A DNA stretch of 64,000 bases from positions 1 through 64,000 of the forward strand of contig CAXXVK010000024.1 in the NCBI GenBank assembly GCA_963676915.2, read 5' to 3'. A program made the translations under genes and the position numbers. Of this stretch, positions 59,457 through 64,000 are shown piece by piece. The stretch's first letter is position 1; every line of letters begins with the position of its first letter. This DNA is from Myxococcota bacterium (GTDB taxonomy: Bacteria > Myxococcota_A > SURF-8 > G963663525). A model generated the notes under the pieces. The model did not search any database, had not been told where the DNA came from, and worked only from the letters and a program-made list of their open reading frames with translations.

Positions 59457-60566
59457 TTAGTGATCCATACAACATCGAAACCCAATAAATTCCCATGATG
59501 TATAGGATTTTCTGTTTTGCGTCGGATCATCTGGATTACATTTTAAATGATCTGAGTAAGTACAAACCCAGTAACATCCAAGATAGTTATAATTAGAACT
59601 TCCCTGAATAAAGGTAGTAGCTGACCATTCAGCAAGATTCCCAATCTGGTCGTACACCCCATCTTGGCTAATACATTGATTGTATTGACCTGTTTCAATC
59701 GGATCATTCATGCCAGTATGGCATGCATCCTCAATAAAAACATTTCCGTAGGGAAACAGATAATGTTGCGAACCTTCACAGGCTCGAATCCACTCATCCA
59801 TGCTGCAAAGGCGCTTGTTGCTATTCAAGCAAGCCTTCCTGGCCTGAAGCCAGGTAATATACCTTGACGGTAGCACGTTTTCGAGACTACAGGCATAAAC
59901 GGGTGTTGTTTGATCTCCTAACTCGTCTTCCCTTGGGCAATTACCACCCTCGATGCACTCACCGTTTTCATCGCAATCCACACACTTTGGAAATCCATCG
60001 GGATAGTCGTCTTCATACTGCCCGTAAGCTGTGCCGCTGCAATCCTCGTATTCCATCGCTACGGCTTCCCAACGATCAACGCAATAGTCATCCACCAATA
60101 CCATTTCCGGGTGCCCCGGACACTCTACGATCGTGCTTCCTTCCTCTCGTTCTTCATCGGTGTCGTTTTCTATAGGATCGTTGTCCTGAATATCCGTATC
60201 CTCATCAGGTTCGATTTCTTCTTCGTCAATATCCCCCGGAGTGGCGCAATCGCCATCCAGACAAATTCTACCGAGATCCGCGCAATCCCGATAGAACCGC
60301 CACTCATTTTCAGTGCATCTGTTAACAATGCTATTGCTTCCCGGTTGGCAACGGAAGGCGTCCGGTTCGCAGAGAAGGGAAGGTTCTTCCTCGTCTAAAG
60401 GGTCTGAATCGGTTGAGGCGTCGTTTTCCACCTCGGTAATGTCCGAATCGCTTTCGAGGGGAGGTTGTGACGAATCACTGCAACTTGCCAAAACAAACAC
60501 CAAAAGGAGAAAAATCCCCAACAGACCAAACGAAGAATCAGATTTCAATCGGAAAAACAACACCAT
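59457..60566 (-). CDS. Acidic lipoprotein with FGE-sulfatase-like domain (start uncertain)
   Basis: Lipobox VLASC; YCVDRWEA, KRLCSMDEW..AC, GVYDQIGNLAEW, GFRCC. Confidence 0.82.
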   Translation of the reverse strand: MVLFFRLKSDSSFGLLGIFLLLVFVLASCSDSSQPPLESDSDITEVENDASTDSDPLDEEEPSLLCEPDAFRCQPGSNSIVNRCTENEWRFYRDCADLGRICLDGDCATPGDIDEEEIEPDEDTDIQDNDPIENDTDEEREEGSTIVECPGHPEMVLVDDYCVDRWEAVAMEYEDCSGTAYGQYEDDYPDGFPKCVDCDENGECIEGGNCPREDELGDQTTPVYACSLENVLPSRYITWLQARKACLNSNKRLCSMDEWIRACEGSQHYLFPYGNVFIEDACHTGMNDPIETGQYNQCISQDGVYDQIGNLAEWSATTFIQGSSNYNYLGCYWVCTYSDHLKCNPDDPTQNRKSYTSWEFIGFRCCMDH

Positions 60567-61213
60567 GGAATGCTCCGAAATTCGAAAAACGGTAAAACAG
60601 TTCGGAATTATATCGTGGGGAACAAGCAAAGATGTGAATAGATTCGAAACTACTCTGAAATTCCGAATCGTGCAACTTCATCGGAAATTCGGGACTTCTC
60701 CCATTTTTCCCATGTATGAATGGGAATACCTTAATTTGGAAGGACGAACGACGTCGGGAAATTCCTCGAACTGTGTCGATGGACATTTTCGAAAATTGTC
60801 GGGTGAAAATCCGTCAAACCTGATGGATTTTTCCAAAACTCCCTTTCAAGGGAACAATACCCCGAACGACATTGAAAAAGAGGTCGAAATCAAAGCGGTC
60901 CGTGCCACCTCTCGGCGCTTGAATTTCTCTTAAAAAAGCTCTAACTCCATGGTATCAGTGGAGTTACTCAAGCCTTTGGAAAAAGGGTGGACATTTTCCT
61001 ACGATGCGTTTAAATAAGCGCTGAATTCATTGACTGTTTTTCCAAGGATGGACTTCACTTCATGCTTTGGAACGGGAAGCCCATTCCAAGTGACTGGTGC
61101 ATCCGGCAGATATCTTTCGAAGGCTGCATTCGTTAGAAAAATCACCGGATCTTGCCGTAACCCGTCGGTTCGCCGACCCTCCAGAAGCGAAAAAAAATCG
61201 CGGGGAGAAAATC

Positions 61214-62214
61214 ATGGATCGAGACAGCTGCTTCGCCGCCGAAATCAGTGCCCCAGATATCAACAAAATGGTTCTGATGACGGGACGTTCCTACCCGGAA
61301 TATGCGGAAAAAGTGGCCAGGCATCTTGGTGTAAAACTTCAGATCGCCAAAACCAAGGAATTCAGCAACGACAACACCTTCGTCAAGCTCCCTTGCAACG
61401 TCCGAGGGCGGGATGTCTACATTATTCAGACCTCTTCCGCACCCGTGAACACCCATTTCATGGAACTCTGCATGATGGTCCGGGCCTGTGTCACTTCGTC
61501 GGCCAAGTCCGTGAACGTCATCACGCCGTATGCGTTTTACCTCCCGTAGCGAGAAAAAAGACCAGCCCCGCATCTGCATCACGGGCCGTCTTTGCGCGGA
61601 TTTCCTCGAATCCGCCGGAGTTACCCGCGTGATTACGCTCAACCTCCATGCGCAAGCCTTCGGAGCGTTTTTCAGCGTGCCGTTCGATCAGCTCTTCGCC
61701 GATGACGTGCTGTGCGACGCCCTGCACGAACACATGCCGATCGACAACTCGGTTATCGTCACACCCGATGTGGGTGGCGCGAAACTGGCGGAACGCTTTT
61801 CGAAATTCCTCGACCTTCCGCTGGCCTTTCTTTACAAAAAACGCACCGACAACAAGGAAAATCCGGTCATCACCGCCTGTGCGGGCGATGTCGCCGGGAA
61901 AAAACGCCATTATCGTGGACGACGAAATCAACACGGGCGGCAGCTTCATTTCCGCCATCGAATACCTGAACAACCTGGGGGCCAAGAGCATTTACGGCTG
62001 TGTCATCCATCCGGCCTTCGCACCGGGCGCCCTCAAGCGCATCTGTGATACGGATATCGCCAAATTGCTGGTGGCGGACTCTTTCCCGATCACCGAACAA
62101 TGCCCGGAGAAACTCGTGGTCGTCAGCACGAGCGAACTGGTAGCCAAAGCCATCAAGCAGATTTTCAACAAAAAATCGATCACCGGACTGTTCCCCCACC
62201 ACGACCGCTTCTGA
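61214..62214 (+). CDS. prs: Ribose-phosphate pyrophosphokinase, split by two apparent +1 frameshifts (about 61540 and 61899-61904)
   Basis: FSNDN..V....NVRGRDVYIIQ; YSRSEKKDQPR after correction; VTPDVGG; IIVDDEINTGGS; spread over three track ORFs. Confidence 0.88.
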
Positions 62215-62236
62215 TCCAAGCGCATTTAAAATCTAC

Positions 62237-62270
62237 ACGTCCCGAATCGTCAACGATTTCGGGACGTTTT
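62237..62270 (+). terminator. Probable terminator after prs
   Basis: ACGTCCCGAATCGT-CA-ACGATTTCGGGACGT-TTT. Confidence 0.55.
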
Positions 62271-62568
62271 CATTTGAAGAGATATTGAGTTTTTTCCAGG
62301 CTCTTTCCCTTTTCCTATGCCCCTATGTCATCGTGTCGAAAACTATTTTTCCTGAGCTTTCAGGTTTGAACTCATCCGTTTTCGTAGTACACTGGGCTTG
62401 CATTTTCGGCACCCATTTCTTTGCAACAGGAACCGCTTATTGAAAATCGTTTTTCTTCAAAACGTTCCATTCGCCGAAACTGCAAACCTTTATTCGTGTT
62501 CGTCTTTTTTTTAATTGTGACCTTGTGGGAAGTCTTGCACGAAGACCACCCGCAAGCAGGAGGGAAAA

Positions 62569-64000
62569 ATGAGTAACGCTTTGTTTCACGTCCCTGTCCC
62601 GACCAATGAGCCGATTCTGAACTACGCTCCGAACAGCCCCGAAAAACTGGAACTCAAACGCAAACTGGAGGAATTGTCCGGTAAAACGGTGGACATTCCC
62701 CTGATCATCGGGGGCGAGGAAATCCGTACAGGAAACACCGACACCTGCATTATGCCTCATAAGCACGGTCATGTGCTGGCTACATATCACCAGGCAGGCG
62801 AAAAAGAAATCGATCTGGCCGTAGAAGCCTCACGAGAAGCCTGGAAACAATGGTCGAAACTGGACTACGCCGAGCGGCTGTCCATTTTCCTTAAAATGGC
62901 CGAATTACTGCAAGGACCGTGGCGGGCGACCCTTAACGCCGCCACCATGCTGGCTCAGTCCAAAACAGCGTTTCAGGCGGAAATCGATTCGGCCTGCGAA
63001 TTGATCGACTTCTGGCGTTTCAACGCCCACTACGCCCAACAGATTTTCTCGGATCAACCCGGCAACGCACCCGGAATCTGGGACCGCAGCGAGTGGCGAC
63101 CGTTGGAAGGCTTCGTACTGGCCGTCACGCCGTTCAACTTTACCTCCATCGCCGGAAACCTGCCGACCGCCCCAGCCATGCTGGGCAACGTAGCGATATG
63201 GAAACCGGCTTCCACTGCCGTGTATTCGGGCTATTACCTGATGAAGCTGTTCGAAGCCGCCGGATTGCCCAAGGGCGTCATCAACTTCCTACCGGGACCG
63301 GGCAAGCTGATCGGACCGAAACTTCTGAAACATCCGGAACTTGCAGGCGTCCATTTCACCGGCTCGACCGCCACGTTCCAGTCCATGTGGAAAACCGTGG
63401 GAGAGAACATCACCGGCTATCGCTCCTATCCTCGCATCGTCGGTGAAACCGGCGGCAAGGATTTCATCATCGCCCATCCATCGGCAGATATCGACGAATT
63501 GGCCATCGCCATCGTGCGGGGCGCTTTCGAATTCCAGGGGCAGAAATGCTCCGCAGCCAGTCGCGCTTACATCCCCGAATCCTTGTGGGGAGAACTAAAA
63601 ACCAAGCTCGTCGCCCACTGCGCGGAAATCAAGATGGGAAATCCCAGCGATTTCCGCAACTTCATGGCGGCAGTCATCGACCGGGCCAGCTTCGACAAAA
63701 TCAAGGGCTACATCGATTTCGCCAACGAATCCCCGGACTACGAACGCCTCCTTGGTGGAACCTGCGACGATTCCGAGGGATATTTCATCGAGCCGACGAT
63801 CTTCGTTACCACCGATCCCAAAGCCCGACTGATGGAAGAAGAGATTTTCGGCCCGGTAATGACGCTGTACGTCTACCCCGACGAACAATACGAAGAGACG
63901 CTTGTGTTGCTTGACGGCACCTCTCCCTATGCTCTGACCGGCGCGGTGTTCTCGAAAGATCGCTATGCCGTGCAAAAAGCCCATGAAATCCTTCGCTATT
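62569..64000 (+). CDS. pruA: L-glutamate gamma-semialdehyde (P5C) dehydrogenase, truncated by the window end
   Basis: Manual translation MSNALFHVPVPTNEPILNYAPNSPE; EIDSACELIDFWRFN, PFNFTSIAGNL, FTGST, GETGGKDF, FQGQKCSA, EEIFGP; missing from the ORF track. Confidence 0.95.
   Translation, partial: MSNALFHVPVPTNEPILNYAPNSPEKLELKRKLEELSGKTVDIPLIIGGEEIRTGNTDTCIMPHKHGHVLATYHQAGEKEIDLAVEASREAWKQWSKLDYAERLSIFLKMAELLQGPWRATLNAATMLAQSKTAFQAEIDSACELIDFWRFNAHYAQQIFSDQPGNAPGIWDRSEWRPLEGFVLAVTPFNFTSIAGNLPTAPAMLGNVAIWKPASTAVYSGYYLMKLFEAAGLPKGVINFLPGPGKLIGPKLLKHPELAGVHFTGSTATFQSMWKTVGENITGYRSYPRIVGETGGKDFIIAHPSADIDELAIAIVRGAFEFQGQKCSAASRAYIPESLWGELKTKLVAHCAEIKMGNPSDFRNFMAAVIDRASFDKIKGYIDFANESPDYERLLGGTCDDSEGYFIEPTIFVTTDPKARLMEEEIFGPVMTLYVYPDEQYEETLVLLDGTSPYALTGAVFSKDRYAVQKAHEILRY

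Noticed and set aside
60630-61213. tRNA-Gln or ykkC/PRPP riboswitch upstream of prs; ORF 60313-60933
   Set aside because: No cloverleaf or ykkC consensus seen; the ORF overlaps a real gene antisense and has no motif
61895-61906. Programmed frameshift at GGGAAAAAAC in prs
   Set aside because: Such heptamers promote -1 shifts, but +1 is needed here, and a second independent indel exists upstream
1-64000. CRISPR array, rRNA/tRNA, IS elements, reverse transcriptase
   Set aside because: No regularly spaced direct repeats, RNA gene signatures or transposase/RT motifs seen by eye

Overview
64-kb window of a moderately GC-rich bacterial chromosome. Gene content (PEGA, PPC and FGE-sulfatase lipoproteins, PilZ, myxobacterial-style GAF protein, ABC1 kinase) suggests a Myxococcota/deltaproteobacterial lineage; this is inference. 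Housekeeping genes (metG, fetAB-like, xerC, mutL, obgE, miaB, aspC-like, coaD, rsmD, rpsT, prs, pruA) are interleaved with many accessory envelope genes. These include about nine predicted lipoproteins (three with Asp/Glu-rich stalks), four FGE-sulfatase/C-lectin-fold proteins, a TetR-controlled LolA-like/ABC/outer-membrane operon and an MMPL/RND transporter with its own TetR. I found no rRNA, tRNA, CRISPR array, transposase or reverse transcriptase. Best candidates for undescribed biology: (i) a B12-radical-SAM gene paired with an unannotated Cys-rich protein resembling a LynF/ABBA prenyltransferase barrel; (ii) a translationally coupled PEGA protein plus tandem paralogous lectin-fold lipoproteins; (iii) an atypical A24-like aspartyl peptidase coupled to an ADP-forming acyl-CoA synthetase. 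There are two unrelated REPIN-like inverted-repeat elements. Three single-base insertions (aspC, prs x2) look like assembly errors. All assignments come from reading motifs by eye; no searches were run.
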